Shown: positions 49,420 through 59,868 of the stretch, one piece after another
Layout: each line of letters begins with the position of its first letter
How positions within the stretch are numbered: position 1 is the stretch's first letter
Origin: Alphaproteobacteria bacterium
Lineage (GTDB): Bacteria > Pseudomonadota > Alphaproteobacteria > VGEJ01
NCBI GenBank assembly: GCA_965248765.1
Contig: CBDFKF010000004.1
Location: forward strand, 1,301,260-1,365,259
Reading direction: 5' to 3'
DNA length: 64,000 nucleotides
Notes under the pieces: model-generated
The model's database searches: none
What the model was told of the DNA's origin: nothing
Seen by the model: only the letters and a program-made list of their open reading frames with translations
Program-made: the position numbers and the translations under genes

Positions 49420-51477
49420 ATGTCTTATCGTCTGGGTGTCGATGTCGGGGGTACCTTCACCGATCTACTCCTGATCAACGAATCCAGCGGCGCAACCCAC
49501 ATGGCGAAAGTGCCGTCGACGCCCGAGGATTCCTCGATCGGCGTTCTCGCCGGCATCGACAAGGTCTGCCGGACGGCCGGTATCGCTTCCGAGGAGATTA
49601 CCCATGTGATGCACGGCACGACGGTCGCCACCAACACCATATTGACCGGCGCAGGCGCACGCGTGGGTTTGCTCACGACCAAGGGCTACCGCCAGAACTT
49701 GCAGATCGCACGATCGTTCGTACCCGGCGGCCTGGGCGGCTGGGTCATCTACAACAAGAGCGATCCGCTGGCACCGCTGGAACTGACGGTCGAGGCCGAC
49801 GAACGCGTTGGCGCGACAGGCGAGGTCGTGCGCGACCTCGATGAAGCGGACCTCAGGAAGAAGCTGCGGTACCTAAAAATACGCAAGATCGAGGCGCTCA
49901 CCGTCTCATTGATCAATTCGTTCGCCAACGGAGATCATGAACGGCGAGTCCGCGACATAGCCCTCGATGTCATGCCGAAGGTACCCGTGTCTATTTCCTC
50001 GGATGTGGTTCCCGAGATGCAGGAATACGAGCGCACACTAACCACGGTGGCGAACTCGTACGTGCGTCCGGTGGTCTCGGAATATATCAAGAGCTTGCAG
50101 CGCGACCTCAAGCGGCGCATGAAGGACATACAGCTTCATGTGCTGCGCTCTGACGGCGGTCTCGCCTCGGTCGGGGCGGCCGAGAACTACCCGGTAAGCA
50201 TGCTCATGAGCGGACCGGCCGGAGGTGTCGCCGGCGCCCAGTGGATCGCGCAGCAGGCCGGTTTCAAGAACCTTCTCACCTTCGATATGGGCGGCACCTC
50301 GACGGACGTATGCCTGGTACAAAACGGCGTTGCCCGCGCCCGACGGGAGACGACGGTCGGCGATGTAACGGTAAGGGCGGCCTCGGTGGATGTGCGCACC
50401 GTGGGCGCTGGCGGCGGCTCGATCGCGCATGTGCCCGAGTTGACCGGGGCGCTGCGTGTGGGTCCGCAAAGCGCGGGCGCCTCACCGGGGCCCGCGGCCT
50501 ACGGTTGGGGCGGAGAAGAGCCGACCGTGACCGACGCCAACGTCGTGCTCGGGGTCCTGCCCGATACCGCTCGCCTGGCCGGCGAAATGGCACTCAATCG
50601 CGACAAGGCTATTCAAGCCGTACAAAAAATCGCCGATGGCCTAGGACTGCCGCTCAAACTGGCCGCCCAGGGCGTTATCGACATCGTTAACGAGAACATG
50701 TTTGGTGCGTTGAGGTTGGTTTCGGTGGAGCAGGGGTTCGACCCCCGCGACTTTGCCCTCGTTGCTTTCGGCGGCGCCGGTCCAATGCACGCGAACGCAC
50801 TCGGCAAGCTCATCAATTCTTGGCCGGTGATCGTACCACCCTCGCCTGGCGTCCTGTGTGCCTATGGGGATGCGACCACCCGGTTGCGGGACGAAGCATC
50901 GATGACCTTCATCCGGATGTTCAAGGACGCCAGCAATCGCGAGGTCCGGCGGGTCCTCCAGGATCTGCAGAAAAGCGCAGCCAAGGCGCTCGATGTCGAA
51001 AACGTGCCGCGCTCCGACCAGACGGCGCACTTTCAGGTCGATGTCCGCTATCACGGCCAGGGGCTCGTGCTCACCGTCGATGTCGAACTGCAGTCGTTCA
51101 ACAAGAATGGTCTCGAAGCGGTCGCCAAGAGTTTCGACAAAGAGCACACGCAGATGTTTACGTTCGCACTCGATGTGGAACACGAAATCGTCAATTTGCG
51201 TGCGGTGGTGCAGGGAAACGCGACCACAGTCAAAGCAAAGCGAGTCCCGAAGGGCCACGACACGCCGCCAAAGGAAGCCAAGCTGGGCAGCACTGAACTT
51301 TACGTCGAGAGCAAGAACCGAAAGGCTACGGTTTACGATCGCAGCAGGCTAAGGGCCGGCAACAAGATCGTCGGCCCCGCCATCGTCACGGAAATGGACT
51401 CCACGACACTGATCCTGCCCAAGCACTACGGGGAGCTTGATCGTGTCGGGAACATTCTGATTCGGCCGGTTAGCTGA
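49420..51477 (+). CDS. hyuA: hydantoinase A-family subunit (HyuA, copy 2)
   Basis: 'MSYRLGVDVGGTFTDLLL' starts a 686-aa protein paralogous to copy 1. Confidence 0.85.
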   Translation: MSYRLGVDVGGTFTDLLLINESSGATHMAKVPSTPEDSSIGVLAGIDKVCRTAGIASEEITHVMHGTTVATNTILTGAGARVGLLTTKGYRQNLQIARSFVPGGLGGWVIYNKSDPLAPLELTVEADERVGATGEVVRDLDEADLRKKLRYLKIRKIEALTVSLINSFANGDHERRVRDIALDVMPKVPVSISSDVVPEMQEYERTLTTVANSYVRPVVSEYIKSLQRDLKRRMKDIQLHVLRSDGGLASVGAAENYPVSMLMSGPAGGVAGAQWIAQQAGFKNLLTFDMGGTSTDVCLVQNGVARARRETTVGDVTVRAASVDVRTVGAGGGSIAHVPELTGALRVGPQSAGASPGPAAYGWGGEEPTVTDANVVLGVLPDTARLAGEMALNRDKAIQAVQKIADGLGLPLKLAAQGVIDIVNENMFGALRLVSVEQGFDPRDFALVAFGGAGPMHANALGKLINSWPVIVPPSPGVLCAYGDATTRLRDEASMTFIRMFKDASNREVRRVLQDLQKSAAKALDVENVPRSDQTAHFQVDVRYHGQGLVLTVDVELQSFNKNGLEAVAKSFDKEHTQMFTFALDVEHEIVNLRAVVQGNATTVKAKRVPKGHDTPPKEAKLGSTELYVESKNRKATVYDRSRLRAGNKIVGPAIVTEMDSTTLILPKHYGELDRVGNILIRPVS

Positions 51478-51494
51478 TGTAACGGAGAGCGGAT

Positions 51495-53411
51495 ATGCCA
51501 GCCAAGATCATCGAGCACAACAGCAAGAAGTTCAAAAAGGTAAAAGTCGATCCGATCACCCTCGATATCATCGAGAGTTCGCTCAGATCGACGCGCCTCG
51601 AGATGGACGCCGTTCTGTACCGCACCGCCATGTCGCCGGGAATACGGGAACAGAACGACGAATTCCCAATGATCGCCAACCGCGACGGCAAGATGGTCGT
51701 CGGTCAGTTCGGCTCGTTCATTCATGGCTTCAAAAAAGCCTATGACGGCACAATCGAGGAAGGCGACATCATCCTCACCAATGACCCCTACAGTTGCGAA
51801 GCGGCCGTCAGCCACCTTCCCGATTGGCTCGTGCTGTTGCCCGTCTTCAAGGACCAGCGTCTTATCAGTTGGGTCGCGATGTTCGGTCACATGACGGACA
51901 TCGGGGGCAAAGTGCCGGGCAGCCTGCCCACGGACGCTGAGCAGATATACGAGGAAGGCATTCAGATTCCGCCTACGAAGATGTACAAGAACGGCGTCCT
52001 GCAAGAAGACATTCTGAATCTCATCCTGCACAACTGCCGGCTGCCACAGTGGAACCGCAGCGACTTCAACGCCATCGTCGCCGCCTGCCGGTTGGCGGAA
52101 AAGCGTGTGCTCGACCTGGTGGAGCGCTTCGGCGATGACGTCTACCACACGACGCTCGAACTGGTGCTGGACCGTAACAAGCGCGCGATGCGCCACCTCA
52201 TCATGACCAACATCCCTGAGGAGAAGCAGTACTTCGAGGACTACATTTGCGACGACGGCATGGGCATGGGCCCGTACAAGATCGCCTGCACGATGTGGCG
52301 CGAGGGCGAGAAACAGATCTGGGACTTCACGGGCACCGATCCTCAGTCCATGGGTTCGGTGAACTTCTATCTCAACGAAGAGCTGTTCAAGATGTTCGTT
52401 GGTGTCTTCATGATCAAGGTGTTCGATCCTCAGATTCTCTTCAACGACGGCTTTTATGACCTGTTGGAGGTGCGGATCCCAGAGGGGACACTGCTGAAGC
52501 CCATCAGACCGGCGGCGCTTTCGTGCCGCACGCATGCGCTTGGGCGCATTTTCGACGTCATGGGTGGTCTATTGGGCCAAGGCGCGCCCGACTTCCTCAA
52601 TGCCGCCGGGTTCTCAACCAGCCCGCACTTCATGTATTCGGGCTACGACAAGAAAGGCGAGTGGTTCCAGCTCTACCAGATCGGCTTCGGCGGCATACCG
52701 GGCCGTCCCTCCGGCGACGGTGCGGACGGGCATTCGCTCTGGCCCGATTTCACCAATGTGCCGAACGAATACCTCGAGGCCTATTTCCCGCTCCGGATCG
52801 ACACCTATGAGACGATTCCAGACTCCGGCGGGACCGGCCTGCACCGTGGCGGTAACGGTATCACCACCGGCTACCGCTTCCTCGAGCCCGGCAAAATCGC
52901 CATCCACGACGATCGTTGGCTCACCTATCCCTGGGGTGTCAACGGCGGATCGCCCGGGATGCGCAGCACCAAGCTCATGGTGCGGCGTGACGGCAGCCAG
53001 GAGCTCCTGCCTTCGAAATGCGACAACATAACGGTGGAGGAGGGGGACATCCTGTACTTCAACACCTGGGGCGGCGGCGGCTGGGGCGATCCCTATAAGC
53101 GCGAGGCGAACCTGGTCGCACGCGATGTCGACCGCGGCCTCGTCACCGTCGAGGGCGCCAGGCGTTACGGTGTGGTGCTCAACGATGACCTTTCCGTCGA
53201 CAAACAAGCCACCGAGGCGTTGCGGGCCAAGCTGTCGAAGGAGCGCGGCGACCCCAAATTGTTCGACTTTGGCGGAACCGTCGATGAGTTGAAGGCGCGC
53301 TGCAAGGCAGAAACGTCGTTCGATCCGCCGAGCCAGCCCCGGTTCGACCGCCGGGCCACGCGTCTCGCCGGGCAGGTGGCGAGGGACGACTGGGCGAAGG
53401 CGGCGGAGTAA
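51495..53411 (+). CDS. hyuB: hydantoinase B-family subunit (HyuB, copy 2)
   Basis: 'VDPITLDIIESSLRSTRLEMDAVLYRTAMSPGIREQNDEFPMI' starts a 638-aa protein with no N-terminal extension. Confidence 0.85.
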   Translation: MPAKIIEHNSKKFKKVKVDPITLDIIESSLRSTRLEMDAVLYRTAMSPGIREQNDEFPMIANRDGKMVVGQFGSFIHGFKKAYDGTIEEGDIILTNDPYSCEAAVSHLPDWLVLLPVFKDQRLISWVAMFGHMTDIGGKVPGSLPTDAEQIYEEGIQIPPTKMYKNGVLQEDILNLILHNCRLPQWNRSDFNAIVAACRLAEKRVLDLVERFGDDVYHTTLELVLDRNKRAMRHLIMTNIPEEKQYFEDYICDDGMGMGPYKIACTMWREGEKQIWDFTGTDPQSMGSVNFYLNEELFKMFVGVFMIKVFDPQILFNDGFYDLLEVRIPEGTLLKPIRPAALSCRTHALGRIFDVMGGLLGQGAPDFLNAAGFSTSPHFMYSGYDKKGEWFQLYQIGFGGIPGRPSGDGADGHSLWPDFTNVPNEYLEAYFPLRIDTYETIPDSGGTGLHRGGNGITTGYRFLEPGKIAIHDDRWLTYPWGVNGGSPGMRSTKLMVRRDGSQELLPSKCDNITVEEGDILYFNTWGGGGWGDPYKREANLVARDVDRGLVTVEGARRYGVVLNDDLSVDKQATEALRAKLSKERGDPKLFDFGGTVDELKARCKAETSFDPPSQPRFDRRATRLAGQVARDDWAKAAE

Positions 53412-53610
53412 CGTCCGACGACACCGACGGCCTAGCAGTCCTGCGCGGGGCTCAGTCCCGGTACCAAAGCTGGGAGAGTACCAATGATCGGTACAGGCTC
53501 ACACGCGAAGCGGAAGACGTGATAGCGGATGCGAATTCCTCGCTCAGGGAATCGCACCGCAACGGGTTGTGAAGGCGGGGCTGACGCCGAAAGGCGGTTG
53601 CGAGGGGCGG

Positions 53611-54651
53611 TCAGGTCAAACTTTGTTCGGGGCGCCCGCGCACGAGTTGCGACAGCGTTACCGCCATCACCAGCGCGGCGCCGTTGAACAGGTTCTGCAC
53701 GAAGGTGTCGGCGCCGAGGAAATTCAGGCCTGTAATCCCGGTCAACAGGAAAAACACCGCCAGGATTGAGCCCAGCGGGTTGAACCGCCCCGGGACAATG
53801 CTGGTGGCGCCAAGAAACGCCGCCGCGAACGCCGGCAACAGCAGCAAGTTTCCCGATAACGGGTCGGCACCGCCAGTGGTGCCGACATTGAGAATGCCCG
53901 CCATCGACGCAATCAACGACGATGCCGCGAGACTTACGGCCCTGACCCGGCCCACCCGGATCCCGCTGAGCCGCGCGACCTCGCGTCCCCGCCCCACAAA
54001 CATGAGCTGCCGGCCCATCGCCGTGTATTCGAAGATGTACCAAATGACCGCGCCCAGAGCCATGGCGTAGTAGAACGCGAGCGGAATGCTGAACAGCCGC
54101 CGCACGATCACCCATTCGATCAGTGTCGACGAAATCCCGCTGAGAGTCATCGAACTGCTGATCCAGAATGTCAGGCCCTGAAGGACCGACGCGGTTCCCA
54201 GTGTCACGATCAGCGAGTGGATGCGGAAAAAGACGATAAAGAAAGCGTTGATGAGGCCGACCGCCACGCCCACCGCCAGGCACACCAGCATCGTGGGAAT
54301 CAAAGGCCACTCGAAGCCGCCGCCGGTTCGGTTGAGAACAGCGAACAGCATCGCCGAGAAGATCAGGACATTGGCGATGGAAACGTCGAAGTCGCCCGAT
54401 GTCAGCGGAATGATGAGGCCGAGCGTGAGCAGCAGCAGGACTGAGTTGGACCCGAACACGATGGTCGAAAATGTCTGCCATTTCAGGAAGGACTCGGGAC
54501 CGACGATGCTGAAGAAAACGATGACCGCGATCCAGGCTAGGATGAGCCCGTAGCGTTCGGCCTGCGCGACCCAATTGAATCTGGCGCCGCGCCCCTCGCC
54601 AGCGCGCACGGTCGCCGGTACTTCGTTCTGGGACGGCTTTAGCTCCGGCAT
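53611..54651 (-). CDS. sugar ABC transporter permease (RbsC-like)
   Basis: The 346-aa protein has 8-10 TM helices typical of the ribose/xylose permease family. Confidence 0.8.
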   Translation of the reverse strand: MPELKPSQNEVPATVRAGEGRGARFNWVAQAERYGLILAWIAVIVFFSIVGPESFLKWQTFSTIVFGSNSVLLLLTLGLIIPLTSGDFDVSIANVLIFSAMLFAVLNRTGGGFEWPLIPTMLVCLAVGVAVGLINAFFIVFFRIHSLIVTLGTASVLQGLTFWISSSMTLSGISSTLIEWVIVRRLFSIPLAFYYAMALGAVIWYIFEYTAMGRQLMFVGRGREVARLSGIRVGRVRAVSLAASSLIASMAGILNVGTTGGADPLSGNLLLLPAFAAAFLGATSIVPGRFNPLGSILAVFFLLTGITGLNFLGADTFVQNLFNGAALVMAVTLSQLVRGRPEQSLT

Positions 54652-54663
54652 GATTTTTCCGAA

Positions 54664-56247
54664 CTACGCGCTCCTTGCCGACATGCTGAGAAGCGTCGTT
54701 TCGGCGATGCGGTCCTTGTTGACATCGGATCCTGCTAGTTGCTGGACGATCTTGCCACGCGCGAGAATCAGCACGCGGTCGCAAATCGCCGCCAACTGTT
54801 CGTAGTCGGTGCTGGCGCAGATCACCATCGTGCCGCCTTTCGCAGCTTCCGTGATCGCCTTGAACACTTGCTGCCGCGCGCCAACATCGACCCCTTGCGT
54901 CGGCTCGTCGAGAAGCAGCAACGAGGGCTCGGTCTGAAGCCACTTGGCGAACAGCACCTTTTGTTGGTTGCCGCCACTCAGGCTCTGAAACTGCATTTGC
55001 GGCGCGTTAGGCCTGACGTCGTGTTTTGCCCCGAGATCGCGGGTCGATCGCTGCATGGCCCCGCGATCGAGACCAAATCCTCTAAAAAACTTGCGCAGAA
55101 CCGGCAGGGTTACGTTGTCCGAAATCGACAGGTCGCCCACGCCGCCGGCGCCCTGACGGTCGGACGGCAGAAGGGCGATGCCGTTTTTCATGGCAGCTCC
55201 GGGCGACGTGTGCTCAAGGTCGATGGTCTTGCCGTTGAGGCGAAGTACGCCCTCCGTTGCCGGGGTAGCGCCGAACACCAAATAAAGAACATCGTCGAAT
55301 CCCGAGCCGATCAGGCCCGTCAGGCCCAGCACCTCGCCTTTGTGAAGTTCGATGCTTACGTTCCTCACGCTTCCGCCGGTCAGATTGGTGATCGCGATGT
55401 CAACTTCTTGCCCTGTGTGATCGAGGGCCTCCGCCAGAAAGGGTTCGACACGGCGACCCAGGATGGTCTCCACGAAATCCTGTTTCGTCGCGTCCGCCGT
55501 AACCAGCGTTCCCGCGACACGGCCGTCACGCAAGACCGTCGCACGGTCTGTCAGCGCCAAGACCTCGTCAACGTCGTGCGAGACGAAGATCACGCTGGTC
55601 CCCTCCTCGACGATGCCGCGCACCAGATCGATCAGCTGCTCGACACCCTGTTTGGGTAGGAAGGGCGTGGGTTCGTCGAGAAACAGGATGCCCGGGTTTC
55701 CGTGCGCCTCGCGCTCGGCGCGGATGTCCTGGAACGCTCTCACGATCGCCAGCAATGCCCGCTCGACCTGCGGAATTTCGTCGACCCGGACGGTCGGGTC
55801 GATGCTCACCCCGAATCGGGCAAACGTTTCTTCTGCTTTGCGCCTCTCTGCATCCCACGCGATGTGAAGGCTGTTGTGGGACACGAAGTCCCCGATCTTG
55901 AGGTTTTCGAGCACGGTAAGGGACGGCACGAGTCCGAGCTGCTGGTGCACGAAGGCGAGCCCCAATTCGCGGAACCGACCTGGCGCGAGCGGCAGCGGCA
56001 CCGTCTTGCCGTAGATTTCGAGGTAGCCGCCTGGGTCAGGGGCATGAAACCCGGACAGCACCTTGATGAAGGTCGACTTGCCCGAACCGTTCTCGCCCAC
56101 GAGACCATGCACTTCGCCGCGGCGGGTATTAATCGTGACGTCGTCCAGTGCCCGTTCGCCCCCGAAGCTCTTGGACAGATGCCGCGCCAATAGAGCTGGG
56201 GCGCCGGAATCCGGCGCCCCCTCGATGGCCTCGGCCGTGAGGGTCAC
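54664..56247 (-). CDS. sugar ABC transporter ATP-binding protein (two fused ABC domains, RbsA-like)
   Basis: It has two Walker A sites ('GENGSGKST' and a degenerate second) and two signature motifs. Confidence 0.85.
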   Translation of the reverse strand: MTLTAEAIEGAPDSGAPALLARHLSKSFGGERALDDVTINTRRGEVHGLVGENGSGKSTFIKVLSGFHAPDPGGYLEIYGKTVPLPLAPGRFRELGLAFVHQQLGLVPSLTVLENLKIGDFVSHNSLHIAWDAERRKAEETFARFGVSIDPTVRVDEIPQVERALLAIVRAFQDIRAEREAHGNPGILFLDEPTPFLPKQGVEQLIDLVRGIVEEGTSVIFVSHDVDEVLALTDRATVLRDGRVAGTLVTADATKQDFVETILGRRVEPFLAEALDHTGQEVDIAITNLTGGSVRNVSIELHKGEVLGLTGLIGSGFDDVLYLVFGATPATEGVLRLNGKTIDLEHTSPGAAMKNGIALLPSDRQGAGGVGDLSISDNVTLPVLRKFFRGFGLDRGAMQRSTRDLGAKHDVRPNAPQMQFQSLSGGNQQKVLFAKWLQTEPSLLLLDEPTQGVDVGARQQVFKAITEAAKGGTMVICASTDYEQLAAICDRVLILARGKIVQQLAGSDVNKDRIAETTLLSMSARSA

Positions 56248-57375
56248 TTACTCGAGGCCCCACAACTTGCGGAAGCCGACGACGTGTGTGTCTCCGTAGC
56301 CGCGGTCGTAGTCCGCCGGGGTGCCGGCGTCCTTCGCGTTTGCTTCCGTGAACAAATAGAACGGGACGTTCAATTCATCGGGCTCTTCAAGGCCGCACAG
56401 CGTACGCATGTGCGAATCGATAATCGCGCGGCCGATCCAGCCGAGGCTTTCGCCTACGTCCATCTCGACCTCGCCCTGTTGGATCAAGTCGATCACGAAG
56501 GGTGTCCCGTTGAAGGTGGCAATCTTTACGTTTCCACCCCGGCCCGATATGCGCACTGCAGGGACCACGAACTGCGACATCGAATCGTAGATTGGAATGA
56601 TGTAGTTGATGTCCGGGTTTGCGAGCAATGCAGACTGTACGCTCGATTGAATCTTGGTCGACCATTCGGGCACCGGCGCGTTGATGTAGCCAACTTCTTC
56701 GCATCCCGGGCAATTCTTCGCCAGTTCATCCCGGATGCCCGCGACGAAGGGCGCCGTGGGCACGATCTCATCCGAACCGATGATCAGGACGTTGGCATTG
56801 CCGTTGGTCTGGGTGATGGCCCAATTGGCGAGTATCCGTCCCACCCGGTTGAAGCTCAGGGGTACGACGCCATCGATGCCGACGGTCGTGTAGATCGGCT
56901 CTTGGGTAAGGTCATAGAAGTGAGAAGTCTTGACCTTTATGCTGGCGTCACGCGCCGCCTTGATTTGCGGCCCGATCACCTTTGGGTCGACTCCGCCTAG
57001 CAGATCGATCAAGTCGAAGCCTTCGTTGATCGCGAAGTTGATCCCCTGCACCCATTGGGTCGGTTGGGCTTGGTTCTCCCATTCGACTACTTCAAAACCC
57101 ACCTCTTTACCCGCTTCGATCATCGCCAAGGCGATGTTCTTGGTGAACGGATTGGCGCTCGAGACGGGTATGGTCATGATCCGTTTTCCGGCCATGCATG
57201 CCTGGGCGTCGAACGCAGGACCCGGGGCTTGGAATCCCGGCAGGGTTTTGTGGGCCTCCACCATCGCGCGGGCAGCTTCGAGATCAGCCTGCGCGGCGAC
57301 GGGCGCGCTGTGGCCGAACCAAACCGTAGCCGCCACGGCAACCGCGGCAGCCGAACCGATTGGTACTCTGAACAT
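56248..57375 (-). CDS. sugar-type ABC transporter periplasmic binding protein (RbsB-like)
   Basis: It has a signal peptide and the periplasmic-binding-protein type I pattern, and it is first in the operon with the ATPase and permease. Confidence 0.75.
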   Translation of the reverse strand: MFRVPIGSAAAVAVAATVWFGHSAPVAAQADLEAARAMVEAHKTLPGFQAPGPAFDAQACMAGKRIMTIPVSSANPFTKNIALAMIEAGKEVGFEVVEWENQAQPTQWVQGINFAINEGFDLIDLLGGVDPKVIGPQIKAARDASIKVKTSHFYDLTQEPIYTTVGIDGVVPLSFNRVGRILANWAITQTNGNANVLIIGSDEIVPTAPFVAGIRDELAKNCPGCEEVGYINAPVPEWSTKIQSSVQSALLANPDINYIIPIYDSMSQFVVPAVRISGRGGNVKIATFNGTPFVIDLIQQGEVEMDVGESLGWIGRAIIDSHMRTLCGLEEPDELNVPFYLFTEANAKDAGTPADYDRGYGDTHVVGFRKLWGLE

Positions 57376-57792
57376 TGCCTGTCTCCTCTCCTGTATGATT
57401 ATGATTCTGGGCTCCCCAAAGTGTGGTCCGCAACCGCGAACCCCACGAGTGCGTGAGGCATCGTACTGCGCTTCAGGCCCCAGAAGAGGCGGCTTTTTCG
57501 CCTACTTCCATCGTTGACGATAATCTTCTACCGGGCCTCCTCGACTTGAGCCTCGTTTCGGCGCGGAACCCGCGGCACAAGGGCCGGCCACATCGTCGGC
57601 CGGCATGCTCCCTCCCAACCCATCTTGTTGCGAGCCGGAATGGCTGATGCTCTCTCTCTACGGCAAGTTCTCTCACACGGCACGGAGGGTCAACTCCAGA
57701 TTTGCTGGCGCCGCAGCAGATGCCTACTCTAGAGTGACAATTACCGGCTCTGTGACATTCCACCAGTCGGTGTCGCGCGGGCCGCCGGCCTC

Positions 57793-58197
57793 TCACATCA
57801 GGACTCCGAACTCGCCGGCCGTGCCGATCGTTGCCAGAGGGTGGTGCCAGGTCCCCACCGTGTAGTTCACGCCTTGGTGACCCTGGACGATGAAGGCTTG
57901 CAACCGCGACGGATCGGGGGCATCGGCGCCGATTCCCGGGGCGACGATGACGAGATATCGCTCGGCGCGGAGCGGAAAAAAGGTCTGAGACGAAAACGGA
58001 TGGCGTTCCAGATCGGTCACCGTCAGCGGGAACGACGCGGGGCTTGCCCGCACCAAGCACACATTGATCCTGGCCTGATCACGTAAGTTGGCAACCTGCG
58101 CCGCGTGATCCAGCCGGTTGCCATCGCCCGAGCTCTCCAGCACTTGGCCAAACGGGGCGAAGGCTTCCGCGTCGATGGGGTGCGCGACAATCTTCAC
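57793..58197 (-). CDS. allA: ureidoglycolate lyase
   Basis: The 134-aa protein has 'EAFAPFGQVL', 'LERHPFSSQTFFPL' and 'GVNYTVGTWHHPL', which fit the AllA cupin family. Confidence 0.7.
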   Translation of the reverse strand: MKIVAHPIDAEAFAPFGQVLESSGDGNRLDHAAQVANLRDQARINVCLVRASPASFPLTVTDLERHPFSSQTFFPLRAERYLVIVAPGIGADAPDPSRLQAFIVQGHQGVNYTVGTWHHPLATIGTAGEFGVLM

Positions 58198-58275
58198 GGC
58201 CTGTTCCTTCTCAACTCGCGGAGAACCCCATGGTCCTGGCGGGGGCGCAGCGGGTCAACCGTTGACGCCACTGAC

Positions 58276-59672
58276 TGTCACTAACACACGATATGTCCGG
58301 TTTATGTACCAGACGATCTGTCCGGATTTAGAAGCTCTCCAGGCTATGGAGGGTTTGGATGCGCCGGACAGAGCAGTTGCAGGGACTGAGATTGATGAAG
58401 TTCGAGGAGGTTTACGGCCGCACCCATCGGGGTTGCTTGAGCCAAGCCGAGGCGGCGGAGGTTCTCGGCGTTTCAGAGCGCACCTTCCGGCGCTGGCGCG
58501 ACCGCTATGAGGCGGACGGCGCGGAAGGGCTCTACGATCGCCGTCTGGGCCGGGTCTCGGCGCGGCGCGCGGCGGTCGACGAGGTGACGGCGCTGTTGGC
58601 GCTGTTCGACACCCGCTACTGGGACTTCACCGCCAAGCACTTCCACGAGAAGCTGGTCGCGGACTATGCCTTCAAGCGCAGCTACAACTGGGTGCGGCTG
58701 AGCTTGCAGGCCCATGGGCGAAGACGGGCGGCGCCCAGGCGCGGGGCGCACCGGCGCAAGCGGCCGCGCCGCGCGCTGCCCGGCATGATGCTGCATCAAG
58801 ACGGCTCAAGCCACGCGTGGGTCCCCGATCAGTGGTGGGACCTGATCGTCACCATGGACGACACCACCAGTGAGATCTACTCGGCCTTCTTCGTCGCCGA
58901 AGAGGGCACGATGTCGAGCTTTCAGGGGGTGTCCGAGGCGATCCGGGCCAAGGGGCTGTTCTGCTCGCTCTATGCCGACCGCGCCGGCCACTACTGGCAC
59001 ACCCCTGAGGCCGGCGGCACGGTCGACAAGGACAATCCGACCCAGTTCGGCCGCGCCCTGGCCCAGCTCGGCATCGAGCTGATCCCGGCCTACTCGCCCG
59101 AGGCAAGGGGGCGCTCGGAACGCATGTTCGCCACCCTGCAGAAGCGCCTGCCCCAGGAGCTCAGGCTCGCCGGCATCACCGACATGGCCCAGGCCAACCG
59201 CTTCCTCAAGGAGCTCTACCTGCCAGGCCACAACGCCCGCTTCGCGGTGCCGCCGGAAGCCGAGGGCACCGCCTTCGTGCCCTTCGCCGGTACCCTCGAC
59301 GACATCCTCTGCGTGCAGCAGGAGCGCACCGTCTCCAACGACAACACCGTGCGCTACAAACGCCTGGTGCTGGCGATCCCGCCCGACCGCCATCGCCGCC
59401 ACTACGTCAAGGCAAGGGTCCGGGTCCACGAATACCCCGACCGCACCCTCGCCGTCTTCCATGGGCCGCGCTGCCTGGCCCGATACCAGGCCGACGGATC
59501 GCCCATCAACACAAGCCACAGACAGGCCGCGTGATCCGCTTCGACGCGACCGGCCAGTGGATAAGGGGACGGCCCCTCCGCGCCCGACCCCTTATCCACT
59601 GGCCCAACAACCACAACTGAAGCGGTCAATTCATATGGTACATAAACCGGTCAATTCAGTTTGTTCTCGACA
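58276..59672 (+). mobile_element. IS481/ISNCY-type insertion sequence (integrase-type DDE transposase), apparently intact
   Basis: IRL 'TGTCACTAACACACGATATGTCCGGTTTATGTACC' and IRR (reverse complement) 'TGTCGAGAACAAACTGAATTGACCGGTTTATGTACC' are present. The 16-bp direct repeat 'CGTTGACGCCACTGAC' flanks the element at ~58260-58275 and ~59674-59689. Confidence 0.65.
58395..59534 (+). CDS. DDE transposase (HTH plus integrase core)
   Basis: 'MKFEEVYGRTHRGCLSQAEAAEVLGVSERTFRRWRDRYEADG' is the N-terminal HTH, and the integrase-like core has D..D..E spacing. Confidence 0.75.
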   Translation: MKFEEVYGRTHRGCLSQAEAAEVLGVSERTFRRWRDRYEADGAEGLYDRRLGRVSARRAAVDEVTALLALFDTRYWDFTAKHFHEKLVADYAFKRSYNWVRLSLQAHGRRRAAPRRGAHRRKRPRRALPGMMLHQDGSSHAWVPDQWWDLIVTMDDTTSEIYSAFFVAEEGTMSSFQGVSEAIRAKGLFCSLYADRAGHYWHTPEAGGTVDKDNPTQFGRALAQLGIELIPAYSPEARGRSERMFATLQKRLPQELRLAGITDMAQANRFLKELYLPGHNARFAVPPEAEGTAFVPFAGTLDDILCVQQERTVSNDNTVRYKRLVLAIPPDRHRRHYVKARVRVHEYPDRTLAVFHGPRCLARYQADGSPINTSHRQAA

Positions 59673-59868
59673 TCGTTGACGCCACTGACGACCGGCTCCA
59701 TCCTGGTGGGTGTGCGGGCTCGCCTCCAAACGCCAGAGCCTCGTGCGAACCCCGGCTTGCTCGACGCCTTTGTCGGTAGAATTCCGGAGATCACGGCCGG
59801 CGCACGATGCCTCGTCGCGCCTTGTCGCGCGACTTCTGAGCCTTTCGCGAACCGAAGAGGATCCCGCC

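Noticed and set aside
53432-54943. 503-aa minus-strand ORF
   Set aside because: It is an out-of-frame overlap of the RbsC-like permease and RbsA-like ATPase genes and is Arg/Gly/Pro-rich.
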